The notes beneath the pieces are model-generated. The model was not told the origin of the DNA. It ran no database searches and saw only the letters and a program-made list of their open reading frames with translations. Positions 11,096-21,202 of a stretch of DNA of 64,000 bases are shown here, one piece after another. This DNA comes from a virus. The stretch is from IMG/VR virus record IMGVR_UViG_3300024996_000004; one strand, given 5' to 3'. The position numbers and the translations under genes were made by a program. Every line of letters begins with the position of its first letter. Positions within the stretch are counted from its first letter, which is position 1.

Positions 11096-11650
11096 ATGAA
11101 AACGATATTGAAAGATAGAGTGCTCTGGTATGATGGTTCTATAACCTTTACACCAGATCAATTAACTGATTTTGTGCTTAATGGTGGGCAGATCACTCCG
11201 GGAATATATGTTGATGCATTAAATTCTGAAATAGAATCATTTAACAGACTAAATCCATCATTAATATTAAATGTTAAACGAGATTTAGACCATTTAGATC
11301 AAACATGGAATATTCCAAAGAAATATAAAGACATAAATATACGTAATTATGTTCATAAACAATTGTTGGATGAAACTGAAAAACGTTTGAAGGCCGATAA
11401 ACCTTTTAATGACGATGAAGTGAATATCAGACTAGATAGAATAGAAGAAGAATTAGAGCTATATGAATCGTATGACATGAACATTATCATAAAAACGATT
11501 ATATATATTGTAGATACTTTCAAAGAAAATGAAATAATCTGGGGTACGGGTAGAGGAAGTTCCTGTAGTTCATATATCCTGTATCTTATTGGATTACATA
11601 ACGTAGATAGTGTATTTTACGAATTAGATTTGAAAGAGTTTTTTAAATAA
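11096..11650 (+). CDS. DNA polymerase III alpha (DnaE)-like protein, N-terminal piece
   Basis: R...EL, GTGRGSSCSSYILYLIG and terminal 'LDLKEFFK', matching DnaE GPGRGS.AGSLVAY.L.IT..DP....L.FERFL. ATG 11096 preferred. Confidence 0.8.
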   Translation: MKTILKDRVLWYDGSITFTPDQLTDFVLNGGQITPGIYVDALNSEIESFNRLNPSLILNVKRDLDHLDQTWNIPKKYKDINIRNYVHKQLLDETEKRLKADKPFNDDEVNIRLDRIEEELELYESYDMNIIIKTIIYIVDTFKENEIIWGTGRGSSCSSYILYLIGLHNVDSVFYELDLKEFFK

Positions 11651-11661
11651 CGAGAACCTAT

Positions 11662-11988
11662 ATGACAAAACATAAAACCATGCGTGGACAAGAAGTTGAT
11701 GTTGATTTGATTAAAATGAAACAAGAATTAATGCAAGGCAAAAAAACTGATGCTATTATTAAGCGTGAGGATCATATTAATGATCGTCGCCGTAGATCAT
11801 CATCTCGCAGGATTAATGAAATGTTGGCAAATGAACAAATTGTTAGACAAAAGCTTTTGGATAAATCGAAATCTGAAACAGTCGCTTTGGCTGAAAACAT
11901 TGTTGAAAAGCCTTCAAAAGTTGATGATGTCTCTACAGAAGGTTTAGAAACACCGAAACAAAAACGTGTTATCAAAAAACAGGCTTAA
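11662..11988 (+). CDS. Hypothetical protein
   Basis: Basic ORF starting 'KTMRGQEVD'; in operon. Confidence 0.55.
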   Translation: MTKHKTMRGQEVDVDLIKMKQELMQGKKTDAIIKREDHINDRRRRSSSRRINEMLANEQIVRQKLLDKSKSETVALAENIVEKPSKVDDVSTEGLETPKQKRVIKKQA

Positions 11989-11990
11989 TC

Positions 11991-12326
11991 ATGATAGATA
12001 AATTCGATAACATAGATAATTACAATCCATTGGGTTCCAATATTATATTTTCATTCTTACAAGATATAGAAAGTGGAACTTTTACTAATACCACATCATG
12101 GGGATTAGAGATGCGAAACAAAATCGAAGATGTAAAAACATCTCGTTGGGCTATAGTTAATCGAGTCGGACCCGAGGTGCCTAAGCATATAAAAGTGGGA
12201 ACTTATATTCTTATTGAGCAGTTGATGTGGACAGAAGGATTTAAAGTTAATGAAGCCAAGAAATGGACAACCAACTATTCAAAATTGTTAGCTCATAGTG
12301 AAAAAGAACCTGTTGGAATATTTTAA
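11991..12326 (+). CDS. GroES-like co-chaperonin
   Basis: PLG..I.F, 'AIV..VGPEV..IKVG.YIL'; size fits. Confidence 0.6.
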   Translation: MIDKFDNIDNYNPLGSNIIFSFLQDIESGTFTNTTSWGLEMRNKIEDVKTSRWAIVNRVGPEVPKHIKVGTYILIEQLMWTEGFKVNEAKKWTTNYSKLLAHSEKEPVGIF

Positions 12327-12338
12327 GGAAATTGACAC

Positions 12339-13148
12339 ATGTTCGCATATTTGTTAATGTTAGCGGCGGCAGCACTTGCAAGTGCTGCCGGTTTTTTTAG
12401 TATTTACGGATTATCTCAAATATATTCAGCTTCAGCTATTTCCATCATTATTATGGGAATTAGTCTAGAATACAGCAAATTAATTACAGCGTCTCTATTA
12501 TACAGATATTGGAAAAAATTAAATAAATTATTCAAGTTACTACTAACATCGGCTGTCATATGCTTAATGATATTAACATCTGCGGGAGTATTTGGATATT
12601 TGATGGCATCTTATCAATCAATCAATGCGCCTGTAACACAAATTACGCAACAACTAGAACAAGATAAAATAGAGTTACAACGATTAACCGCAAGAAAGTC
12701 TCAAATAGATTTACAAATTGCTCAATTGCCTAATAACTATGTTACAGCTAGAAAAAATTTAATGAAATCATTTGAACCAGAATATAGTTCATTAACACCT
12801 AAAATAGACAAGTTAAACGCAGAAATATCACAACTACAAACAACTAAAGTAGATACTACAACCAAAGTAGGCCCAGTAATGTATGTAGCGAAAGTGTTAA
12901 ATAAGAATCCAGATGATGTTATATTCTATTTAACAGTATTGTTAGTTTTGGTATTCGATCCTCTTGCTGTAGGATTAACGATAGCTTCAAATATGGTATT
13001 AGCAGACAATAAAAAGGTTATCAAACCTGAAACAGAACCAGTTGATAATGATACTGCTGTAAATCATCAAGAAAAGATCGAACCTGAAATCAAGCAATCT
13101 ATTATGGATGATATTCGTAAAGATTTAAACGAAAGAATAACCTTATAA
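12339..13148 (+). CDS. Membrane protein with coiled coil
   Basis: Three N-terminal TM segments, heptad region, C-terminal TM 'VFDPLAV'. Confidence 0.65.
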   Translation: MFAYLLMLAAAALASAAGFFSIYGLSQIYSASAISIIIMGISLEYSKLITASLLYRYWKKLNKLFKLLLTSAVICLMILTSAGVFGYLMASYQSINAPVTQITQQLEQDKIELQRLTARKSQIDLQIAQLPNNYVTARKNLMKSFEPEYSSLTPKIDKLNAEISQLQTTKVDTTTKVGPVMYVAKVLNKNPDDVIFYLTVLLVLVFDPLAVGLTIASNMVLADNKKVIKPETEPVDNDTAVNHQEKIEPEIKQSIMDDIRKDLNERITL

Positions 13149-13210
13149 TTAACCGATCTTGAATTTAAACATCATGTATGCAATAATCCCAGCATTATAT
13201 GGGACTTCAC

Positions 13211-14143
13211 ATGACAAAAGAAATATGGGATCGTAAGTATTTACCTTCAAAAGCATCGGAATATATTTTTCAAAATTCTTCTCATCAAGAATTAATTTCA
13301 AAGTTTATTAACGAAAAAACGTTTCCACATTTATTATTATCAGGTCATCGTGGAACGGGTAAGACAAGTTTAGCATATTTACTCAAGTCTGAATTGCATA
13401 TTGAAGATATTGATTTTTTAAAGATCAATGCTTCTGATGAAAATAACGTAGATACAGTTAGATCGAAGATTAAAGATTTTATTAGTTCGATGGCTATGTC
13501 AGGTGATTTTAAAATAGTTTTCCTTGATGAAGCCGATTATTTATCTGCAGCCGCGCAAGCCATATTACGTAACATGATGGAAGAATATTCTGATAATGCA
13601 AAGTTTATTTTAACATGCAATAAACCCCAAAAAATCATTCCAGAATTAAAATCACGATGCCTAGAGATTAAATACGATGCATTAGATAAAGATGAGATGA
13701 CTATCCGATTTGGAGTCATATTGAAGAATGAGAAAGTCAAAATATCTGATTTAGATTTATTGGATGAATATGTCAATTCATGTTATCCAGATTTTCGAAA
13801 ATTGCTTATTACCGCACAACATGGTGTGAAAGACGGTGTATTACAACCTTTTCACAATATGCTTTCTGATACTTCAGAATATATGGTAAAAGTTATTGGT
13901 TATATAGAATCCGATGATTGGGTTTCTGCCAGAACATTTCTTGCCGAGAATGTACCAGATGACAAATGGGAAGAATGTTATAGATTTTTATATGATTATC
14001 TTCATGAAATTGGCAAATTTACTACACAAAAAAATTGGAAAGCAGGCATCGTAATCATATCGGATCATTTGTATAGACACGCTTTCGTCGCTGATCCAGA
14101 AATGAATTTTGCGGCATGTTTAATTAGATTATCTGAGGTATAA
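13211..14143 (+). CDS. Clamp loader large subunit (T4 gp44/RFC-like AAA+)
   Basis: W..KY.P, GHRGTGKT, INASD, LDEAD, SRC. Confidence 0.92.
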   Translation: MTKEIWDRKYLPSKASEYIFQNSSHQELISKFINEKTFPHLLLSGHRGTGKTSLAYLLKSELHIEDIDFLKINASDENNVDTVRSKIKDFISSMAMSGDFKIVFLDEADYLSAAAQAILRNMMEEYSDNAKFILTCNKPQKIIPELKSRCLEIKYDALDKDEMTIRFGVILKNEKVKISDLDLLDEYVNSCYPDFRKLLITAQHGVKDGVLQPFHNMLSDTSEYMVKVIGYIESDDWVSARTFLAENVPDDKWEECYRFLYDYLHEIGKFTTQKNWKAGIVIISDHLYRHAFVADPEMNFAACLIRLSEV

Positions 14144-14146
14144 AAT

Positions 14147-14476
14147 ATGGTATTACATTACGTTGATGAAGAAAAATATGCTGCTGATATTGAAAAGATA
14201 TCGAAGCACCGTGATAAGAATGAAAGACTTTCATGGAAAAGAAAAAAGGATAAAATCGAAAGTTTAGTCAAAGAACTCGAACCAATCGAAGATGAAATTC
14301 TCAAATTAATAGAAGAAAAGAAGTATCCACTTCTTAATCAAATTGAAGAATTGCGTGCTATTATGGTAAAGGAATGTGTACATCCTAAAGATTTATTGGT
14401 TCATTATGGTTCATATGTTATGTGTAAATTCTGTGAAGCGAAAATTGCAGTCGTGGCGAAACCTGTAGATGAATAA
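14147..14476 (+). CDS. Hypothetical protein with Cys/His zinc motif
   Basis: ECVHP...CKFC. Confidence 0.55.
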   Translation: MVLHYVDEEKYAADIEKISKHRDKNERLSWKRKKDKIESLVKELEPIEDEILKLIEEKKYPLLNQIEELRAIMVKECVHPKDLLVHYGSYVMCKFCEAKIAVVAKPVDE

Positions 14477-14927
14477 TGATAAAAAATTTGATATATTTGA
14501 TATCATCAAAAAAATAACTAATCATGATATACAATTCTTTGATAATTTAGAAGATTATCAAATCAAACAAATATACCCATTTGTATTGATGCGATGGTTG
14601 GGCGGAAGCAAAACCGCTTTACAATTGAAACAATTGAATGATATTGTTAATACAACATGCTTTCAATTTTATAGACATCCCAAATTATTATACAAATTAT
14701 TGATGGTGTCTTGTGCAGATAATAAAAGAGTATCATGGATAAAATTAAAGAATAAAGTTAAACATAATGAAATATTAAATGTTATAATGAAATATTATGA
14801 TTGCTCATCTCGTGATGCACAAGATTATTTGAAATTAATATCCAACGATGATATTTTAGATATGGCAGAGCTATTAGGATTAGAAAAAGATGTTATGTCA
14901 AAATTAAAAAAAGAATTAAATGCATAA
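14469..14927 (+). CDS. Clamp loader small subunit (gp62-like)
   Basis: PFVLMRWL, 'HPKLLYKLL', 'KYYDCS..DA..YL'; near the large subunit. Confidence 0.7.
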   Translation: MNNDKKFDIFDIIKKITNHDIQFFDNLEDYQIKQIYPFVLMRWLGGSKTALQLKQLNDIVNTTCFQFYRHPKLLYKLLMVSCADNKRVSWIKLKNKVKHNEILNVIMKYYDCSSRDAQDYLKLISNDDILDMAELLGLEKDVMSKLKKELNA

Positions 14928-15597
14928 TGAAATGGTATGTGATTTTTGTCACAAAAACTTTAAACGTGAATGTTATTATTTAAACCACAAATGCAAATTT
15001 ATGGAACGTGTTGAATTATTCAAGAAACCTCTTGGGCAAACAGCGTATTTGATATTTAATCAATGGAGAAAAATATGCAAGTATCCTAGCGTTACTGTAG
15101 ATACCTTTGTTAAATCAAAATATTTCAATTCCTTCATAAATTATACTAAATTCACTCAACAACAATCTGTTCCAGATAAAATGGGATACATTGAACTTAT
15201 GGTTGAAAAAGGTATTATGCCGTATTCATGGTGTGATTCTGATGTTTATGATTTTTACATTGAAAATTTTGATAATGAATACACCATAGATCAAAAAATT
15301 GATGTATCAATTACAACTTTACAAGAATTATCGCGTAAACATGATTGTGAGATAGGTAAAATATTTGAACGCATCTCACCTATTCAAGTGATAAAATATA
15401 TAACGTCGAGAAAATTATCTCCATGGTTATTATTACCGAGCGAAAAATTTATGCATTTTATTACGTATAAAACTAATAAAGAAGAACGCATGTTATTTCG
15501 ATCTTTTGTGAATATTAGTGTATGGAAACAACATTTTATCGACAATCCCGAAAAATTGATAGAAATTAAAGAAATAAACAGACAATTAGGAATATAA
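14920..15597 (+). CDS. Zinc-finger hypothetical protein
   Basis: N-terminal CDFC...F......HKC. Confidence 0.55.
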   Translation: MHNEMVCDFCHKNFKRECYYLNHKCKFMERVELFKKPLGQTAYLIFNQWRKICKYPSVTVDTFVKSKYFNSFINYTKFTQQQSVPDKMGYIELMVEKGIMPYSWCDSDVYDFYIENFDNEYTIDQKIDVSITTLQELSRKHDCEIGKIFERISPIQVIKYITSRKLSPWLLLPSEKFMHFITYKTNKEERMLFRSFVNISVWKQHFIDNPEKLIEIKEINRQLGI

Positions 15598-15602
15598 AAC
15601 CA

Positions 15603-15610
15603 TATAAATA
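15603..15610 (+). promoter_or_regulatory. T4-type late promoter
   Basis: TATAAATA upstream of structural genes. The same motif occurs at 51241, 58201 and 61901 (+) and at 1423 and 21164 (-); CATAAATA at 3195, 22430, 58603 (+) and 41164, 43498 (-). Confidence 0.75.
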
Positions 15611-15634
15611 ATAGAATAATTGTAGATATGGTCG

Positions 15635-17056
15635 ATGACAACGAATTGTGCGGATGGTGTTTATAACATTAAGTATACGGATAAAGCCAAAAATCCTATT
15701 ATTGTTAATAAAAAAACTTTAATACAAAATGTTCTAGATATTATATTATTAGGTAAATCCAGAAGAGAATATGGTGAAGCTTTTGATGATAACATCCTTC
15801 ATATGTTGGAGAATTTTTCAGCACCTGAAAATCCTGATTCTCCCGGAACACCAGATTACTCTGGAATATATTCAAATCTATTAGAAAATCCTGCAAATGG
15901 GCAGTTTTGGTATAACTCTACCAAAAAACATTTATGTTTTTTCAATGGTGTCAATTGGATATCGCTTGGTGATGCAACAGACGTTGCCGGAAATAGTGGA
16001 ATCATATCTGATGGAGAACAATTACCCAATCCAGTATCTGCTACAACAGGATATGTTTTTCCATATAATGAATGTGTGTGGGTAGTATCACCTACTAATC
16101 TACCTGATGAAGTTGATTATATGGTTTGTTATACAGATGATACGGCTAATGTTACTAGTCAATATAGAGCGGCTAATAGTGGAACCATTAGTAGTGGTGA
16201 AGCTTTTTATAAAATTGTTGGTATAAAAGGGAATATTAATCATGGTAGTAATAATCCCGTCATTCCTATAATTCCAAGTCCAACACCAATTCCACCAGTT
16301 TCACAATCTCCATTGCCAACGCCGGGAGTAACACCATCTATTACGCAATCTGCAGCTGCTACGCCAACACCGACAGTAACTATGACAGTTACCCCGAGTC
16401 CTACACCAGTACCTTCTAGAACGCCTACAGCGAGCGTTGCACCGTTAGCTGCAGTTTTATACATTTCACCATCTAAAGGTTATCCTCAAGGTGTTAATAC
16501 AGCTATCGTAACTCCATGTTATACTACAAGTACATCAGATACCGCATGTTTTGCAAATATGTCAGTTATATTACAAAATATAAGTGGCGGAACTGCACCA
16601 TATTCTGTAGATATGACTAATGTAATATTTAATTCTAATGTTATTAATACTGCTACTGGAACGACAGTAGGATCAACAACATCGCAGACATATTCAGGGG
16701 CATCAGGAGCATCAACAAATCCAGTAAGAACTGGTTGTACAACAACCAGTACATTACAAGTTAAATCTATTATTTCATTAACTGCCGGAAACGTTTTACA
16801 TTGTAACAACGGTCAATGGACATTTAGCATTAATGCTGGAAGTTATGTATTGATTACGGATTCAATGGGCAGAACATTGAAATTATATACTCCTTCAGGA
16901 TTGTCAGGAAACGTCTATGGAACAGCTTACACGACTCCACAAGGCGTCTATTCAGATTCGTATTATTCAACAGGAAGTTGTTCTAGTGGCGGAGGAAGCG
17001 GTGGAGATAAAAGTGGTGGCGGTGGTTTAGGTTCTGTAGTAATAAGACCGGAATAA
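15635..17056 (+). CDS. Virion structural (baseplate/fibre-type) protein with Pro/Thr linker
   Basis: N-terminal YGE...N.L..LENF..P...GQ.WYN domain, (PT)n linker, beta-rich C-terminus; late promoter. Confidence 0.65.
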   Translation: MTTNCADGVYNIKYTDKAKNPIIVNKKTLIQNVLDIILLGKSRREYGEAFDDNILHMLENFSAPENPDSPGTPDYSGIYSNLLENPANGQFWYNSTKKHLCFFNGVNWISLGDATDVAGNSGIISDGEQLPNPVSATTGYVFPYNECVWVVSPTNLPDEVDYMVCYTDDTANVTSQYRAANSGTISSGEAFYKIVGIKGNINHGSNNPVIPIIPSPTPIPPVSQSPLPTPGVTPSITQSAAATPTPTVTMTVTPSPTPVPSRTPTASVAPLAAVLYISPSKGYPQGVNTAIVTPCYTTSTSDTACFANMSVILQNISGGTAPYSVDMTNVIFNSNVINTATGTTVGSTTSQTYSGASGASTNPVRTGCTTTSTLQVKSIISLTAGNVLHCNNGQWTFSINAGSYVLITDSMGRTLKLYTPSGLSGNVYGTAYTTPQGVYSDSYYSTGSCSSGGGSGGDKSGGGGLGSVVIRPE

Positions 17057-17060
17057 TGCT

Positions 17061-17669
17061 ATGAATTATACAATAAATTATACAGACAACACAAAAACTC
17101 CTATAATAGTTCCAGAGAATACAGTAAACGATGATACACTCGATGTTGTATTATTCGGTCGTGTTGATCTAGAGTATGGTGAACAATTAAACGAAAACAT
17201 GCTCCAAATGTTGGAACGTTTTGCATGTCCTCAAGATAGTACTTCACCTTTTAATAACACTTTCCCTGATTATACTATAAATGGTGATTCGTTAAAACAT
17301 CCTACGGAAGGACAAATTTGGTTCAATAGTACAGCAAAATTGTTATATACATGGGATGAAACACGATGGGTTCCCTTGAGAATAACAGGCTCAATAGCAG
17401 GAAATTATGGACAATTATTAGATGGTTCACGTATACCGTTACCAGTAAATCCAACAAATGGTTATGTATTCTCATATGATGAATGTATATGGGCAGTATC
17501 GCCAGCTAGTATCCCACAAGCTTTCACTTCACTAACTTGTAATACTGATAATGAGGCAACAGTCACTATGCAATATACTGTATATGGTGGAGCTACTATT
17601 TCTGGGGTAGCTAATTACATTATCATGGGCATTCCACAAAATATTAATCTTGGAACTTTGGGAGCGTAA
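17061..17669 (+). CDS. Virion structural protein, paralog consisting of the N-terminal domain only
   Basis: Same domain as 15635 and 17848. Confidence 0.65.
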   Translation: MNYTINYTDNTKTPIIVPENTVNDDTLDVVLFGRVDLEYGEQLNENMLQMLERFACPQDSTSPFNNTFPDYTINGDSLKHPTEGQIWFNSTAKLLYTWDETRWVPLRITGSIAGNYGQLLDGSRIPLPVNPTNGYVFSYDECIWAVSPASIPQAFTSLTCNTDNEATVTMQYTVYGGATISGVANYIIMGIPQNINLGTLGA

Positions 17670-17671
17670 TC

Positions 17672-17842
17672 ATGTTTATATTAGTGAATAAGCAAACTAA
17701 AGTCATTATCGGCTCTGCAATTAAGTATATAAATAATGAAGCTAATGATTCAGAAAATATGGTATATCAAATACCTGATAATGAATTTTCTTCTACAATA
17801 GTCGGAATGGTGTTAGAAAGCTTTGATGAATGGAATGATTAA
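17672..17842 (+). CDS. Small hypothetical protein (56 aa, MFILVNKQTKVIIGSA...)
   Basis: Not in the ORF track; fills the gap between structural genes exactly. Confidence 0.55.
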   Translation: MFILVNKQTKVIIGSAIKYINNEANDSENMVYQIPDNEFSSTIVGMVLESFDEWND

Positions 17843-17847
17843 AAATA

Positions 17848-19095
17848 ATGTCATATACAATAAATTTTACTGATAAAACTAAAACACCAATTATTGTAGC
17901 TGATGATACAGTAGATAGAAGTACAGACATATCATTATTTGGTCGTACTGAATTAATGTATGGACAAGAATTACAAGAAAATCTCTTGCACATATTAGAA
18001 AATTTTGCATGTCCAGAAGACCCCGAAAATCCGGGAAATCCTGATTTATCTAAAGCTGTAGAAAATATATTTGTCAATGTAATAGAAGGACAAGGATGGT
18101 ACAATTCGACTCAAGAAAAGGTATATTTTTATGACGGTTCTGTTTGGGTTCCATTATCTAGAGTAGATGATGTTGCAGGCAATTCTGGCACTATCTCACA
18201 TGGACAATACTTACCCAAACCTATTAGTTATGCAACTGGAAGTGTATTCGATTATCCAGAATGCATTTGGTTAGTTAGTCCTATGAATTTTCCATCAGAA
18301 ATAGATTATTTGATTTGTGAAGCTGATGATACTGGATTAGTTACATCACAATATAAATTACAGGGTGTAGATTTATTAATAGATGGTATTGCGAACTATA
18401 CAATTATTGGTATTCGTGGAAATGTTAATCAACCAGAACCTAGTTTCATTGCTTCGCCAACGCCAACACCAACACCAACAGTTACCCCAACATTATCGGT
18501 TGGTGCTTCGCCAACACCCGCTGCCACACAAACGAGAACACCAGTTGCCTCACATACACCATCACCAGCTCCGGCTTCAACACATACAAGAACGCCAACA
18601 CCAACTGTAACACCATCTAAGTCTGTTCCAGCATTAGGACCATTGCCAATACAAGGACAAAGCTTTAGTGCGACAGATGCTAACACGGCTTATTGTGGAG
18701 GATCAAATCCTCATGGTGGTAATGCTTCTGTAGGATTTGTGTTTAATCCTAATGGAACATTCTCAGTAACGCCACAATCCGGCCATAGATTACCAGACCC
18801 GCCAACATATGGAACATGGTTGCCTTCTGGTCAATCTGCAAGCGATTGGCAAATCAAATTCGTTAGTGTATTATCTCAAATAGGAAGTCAACCCTGTTCA
18901 GAAACTAACAGCGCCGCAACATTTCAAACTTTGACAGCTACGCAAGTTTATTCTCTTAGCGGATTCGTTAAGTGTGGTTCAGCAGCAGATCAAGGCACTG
19001 AATCTTCATTGACTATATCACTAAAACAAACATCAACAGGTCAATTAGTTAATACAACTTGCTCTGTAACAGTACAAGCGATATCTCAAGTTTAA
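17848..19095 (+). CDS. Virion structural/fibre protein with Pro/Thr linker
   Basis: Paralogous N-domain, (PT)n linker, C-domain shared with 58632. Confidence 0.65.
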   Translation: MSYTINFTDKTKTPIIVADDTVDRSTDISLFGRTELMYGQELQENLLHILENFACPEDPENPGNPDLSKAVENIFVNVIEGQGWYNSTQEKVYFYDGSVWVPLSRVDDVAGNSGTISHGQYLPKPISYATGSVFDYPECIWLVSPMNFPSEIDYLICEADDTGLVTSQYKLQGVDLLIDGIANYTIIGIRGNVNQPEPSFIASPTPTPTPTVTPTLSVGASPTPAATQTRTPVASHTPSPAPASTHTRTPTPTVTPSKSVPALGPLPIQGQSFSATDANTAYCGGSNPHGGNASVGFVFNPNGTFSVTPQSGHRLPDPPTYGTWLPSGQSASDWQIKFVSVLSQIGSQPCSETNSAATFQTLTATQVYSLSGFVKCGSAADQGTESSLTISLKQTSTGQLVNTTCSVTVQAISQV

Positions 19096-19098
19096 TTT

Positions 19099-19752
19099 AT
19101 GATTAAAAAGATAAAAAATTTGAAACTTTCAAAATCACAACGACAGTTGGATAATGAATGGATCGAAATAAAATCATTAAGAAATAAATTACTAAAAAAC
19201 AGTGATTGGATTTTTGTACCAGATAATAATTTAGATGAAGATAATATTTCTTTATGGATCATATGGAGACAAAATGTAAGAGATGTCAATATGATCACTC
19301 ATGCTGACGAAGCCTTAAAATATCTATTAGATTTACAAAATAATAAACCGCCCGTCAAATATAAGTTAACTGAACATTCATCATTGTCAATTTATAAACT
19401 TGATCTGCGCAAGTTATTAAATAAATTAATCAAACAAACTGTAGACAAAATTCATGATGATATGGAAAGTAGAGAAATATTATCTGAACAATTTGATGAG
19501 GCTATAAGGTTTCTTGAAGGAAAAATTGAAAACAATTTCTTAATTGAATTAGAAGCTTCTCATTCTAAAATGACTCATACACAAGTAGCCGAAAAATTTA
19601 TTGAGCAACGAAAAACATATTACATAAAACTTGTCAATATTGAACAGGTTAAAAATAACCTTATTACCAGAATAGATGTCGCAAACGATCTTGAAACTTG
19701 TAAAATTGTGCATCAAGATATTTTAAAACTTGGTTCAAAAAAATGGATATAA
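19099..19752 (+). CDS. Tail fibre assembly chaperone-like protein
   Basis: 'LRNKLLKNSDW..PD...W..WRQ..RD' motif; follows fibre genes. Confidence 0.6.
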   Translation: MIKKIKNLKLSKSQRQLDNEWIEIKSLRNKLLKNSDWIFVPDNNLDEDNISLWIIWRQNVRDVNMITHADEALKYLLDLQNNKPPVKYKLTEHSSLSIYKLDLRKLLNKLIKQTVDKIHDDMESREILSEQFDEAIRFLEGKIENNFLIELEASHSKMTHTQVAEKFIEQRKTYYIKLVNIEQVKNNLITRIDVANDLETCKIVHQDILKLGSKKWI

Positions 19753-19803
19753 TTGCTTTAAGTTGAATAATATTCTACAATGTGTCAATAGAAGGTATTA
19801 TAA

Positions 19804-20376
19804 ATGGATATTGATATTGACATAAGTTCTAAAGTTAAGCCTGAACAACTATTTGATAAGATAAGATTGGCTTCTATGATTAGTCATGATAACAAATTAG
19901 TTAAACACAATGTTGGAACTTATTTTCAAAACATTCCCATTGATCCTGTGACTAATTTGTCTGCTATACCTTATAAAGAAGCTCAAGATTTCGGCTATTT
20001 TAAAATAGATATGTTACATTTAAATGTGTTAGATATGTTTCAATCAAAAGACCAAATGAATGAACTTTTAGAAAAAACACCTAAATGGGATTTATTATTG
20101 GAAAGAGATAATGTTGCTAAATTATTTCAATTATCCAACCAATTTGAAACAGTTTATGCGACTAAACCTAAAAGTATTCTTGAACTAGCTGATACTGTAG
20201 CTTTAATTAGACCTAATAAACAGAAGCTTCTGGATAAATATTTAAAGAATAAAAAAGAAGTGCGTAAAGAATTGTATATGCATAGAAATCCAGAAGATTT
20301 GAGAAAATCTCATGCAATTCCATATGCTATGATAATTGTTTTGCAACTTCATCTTATAGAACAAGGATTATTATGA
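19804..20376 (+). CDS. DNA polymerase III alpha (DnaE)-like protein, catalytic C-terminal piece
   Basis: Starts MDIDID (PDxDxD). Also KHNVG, GYFKIDML, LFQL, P.SI.ELA..VALIRP and KSHAIPYA. Confidence 0.82.
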   Translation: MDIDIDISSKVKPEQLFDKIRLASMISHDNKLVKHNVGTYFQNIPIDPVTNLSAIPYKEAQDFGYFKIDMLHLNVLDMFQSKDQMNELLEKTPKWDLLLERDNVAKLFQLSNQFETVYATKPKSILELADTVALIRPNKQKLLDKYLKNKKEVRKELYMHRNPEDLRKSHAIPYAMIIVLQLHLIEQGLL

Positions 20377-20735
20377 GTTTATTAAGTGATTTATTAGAAG
20401 CGACATTGTTACCAAATCTGACTGATACTCAAAAGGGTATGTTGATTGCCATTAATGCTTCAGCAACACCACAACAGGCATATGAAGTAAGCAGTGGTAC
20501 ATCATTAACCACCATAGCCAAAGATGAACTCATTAGAATGGGTATGATTATCCAAAATGGTAATAATTTGGAATTAACACAATTGGGTCAAGATGCATTG
20601 AATTCTAATAACTTAATAGATCAATCGGGTGAAATAACAGATGAAGGTCAAGAAAAGTTAGATATGTTAAACATCAGTAAACAAGAATACATAAACTTAG
20701 AATCTTTTGAGATGCTTAAATCGTTTTATCAGTAA
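20373..20735 (+). CDS. Hypothetical (winged-helix-like) protein
   Basis: 'LIRMG.I......LT.LG' repeats; N-terminal LLE/A. Confidence 0.5.
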   Translation: MSLLSDLLEATLLPNLTDTQKGMLIAINASATPQQAYEVSSGTSLTTIAKDELIRMGMIIQNGNNLELTQLGQDALNSNNLIDQSGEITDEGQEKLDMLNISKQEYINLESFEMLKSFYQ

Positions 20736-21150
20736 ATTCAACACCCTTTGGAATTGATTTTTTCTTTCTTCTTTTGATTTTAATTGGACCTTTCATTTGA
20801 TATTTGTAAATGGGACCAATAATTCGTATAATAAAATCTGTTGAAAAGCATCGAATAATCTGCGTCATGTCTTTGGCAACATCTTGTTTAAAGAACTCTA
20901 TGGATATGGGATATTCATCTTTTTTGTTTTCATACCAATAATTAGCGATATCAATAATTTCTTGTTCATTGATATTCGCATGATGACAAAAATCTAATAC
21001 ATAAGCGATAACTTGGTTGTTGATAATATTATCAACAATCGTTAAATAATTTTGATCATTATATTTTATTAATGTAATAAATTCATATCCAGTATAATCC
21101 TTTGGATGTTCTTCTACAATAAGTGGTTGAAAAGTTGAATGTTTTTTCAT
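20716..21150 (-). CDS. Conserved hypothetical late protein
   Basis: TATAAATA upstream on the minus strand; basic C-terminus. Confidence 0.6.
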   Translation of the reverse strand: MKKHSTFQPLIVEEHPKDYTGYEFITLIKYNDQNYLTIVDNIINNQVIAYVLDFCHHANINEQEIIDIANYWYENKKDEYPISIEFFKQDVAKDMTQIIRCFSTDFIIRIIGPIYKYQMKGPIKIKRRKKKSIPKGVEFTDKTI

Positions 21151-21202
21151 GATGTTTTTTACTTATTTATATCTAAAATATTTAAGTTAAAAATATAAAA
21201 CA

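Noticed and set aside
16240-18686. Val/Gly-rich antisense ORFs (16240, 16519, 18429; also 39551, 59684)
   Set aside because: They are shadows of Pro/Thr-rich coding sequence on the opposite strand.
11096-20376. Split intein or intron joining the DnaE pieces
   Set aside because: No Cys/Ser-start or His-Asn-end intein blocks and no flanking intron-like RNA; both genes abut ordinary neighbours.
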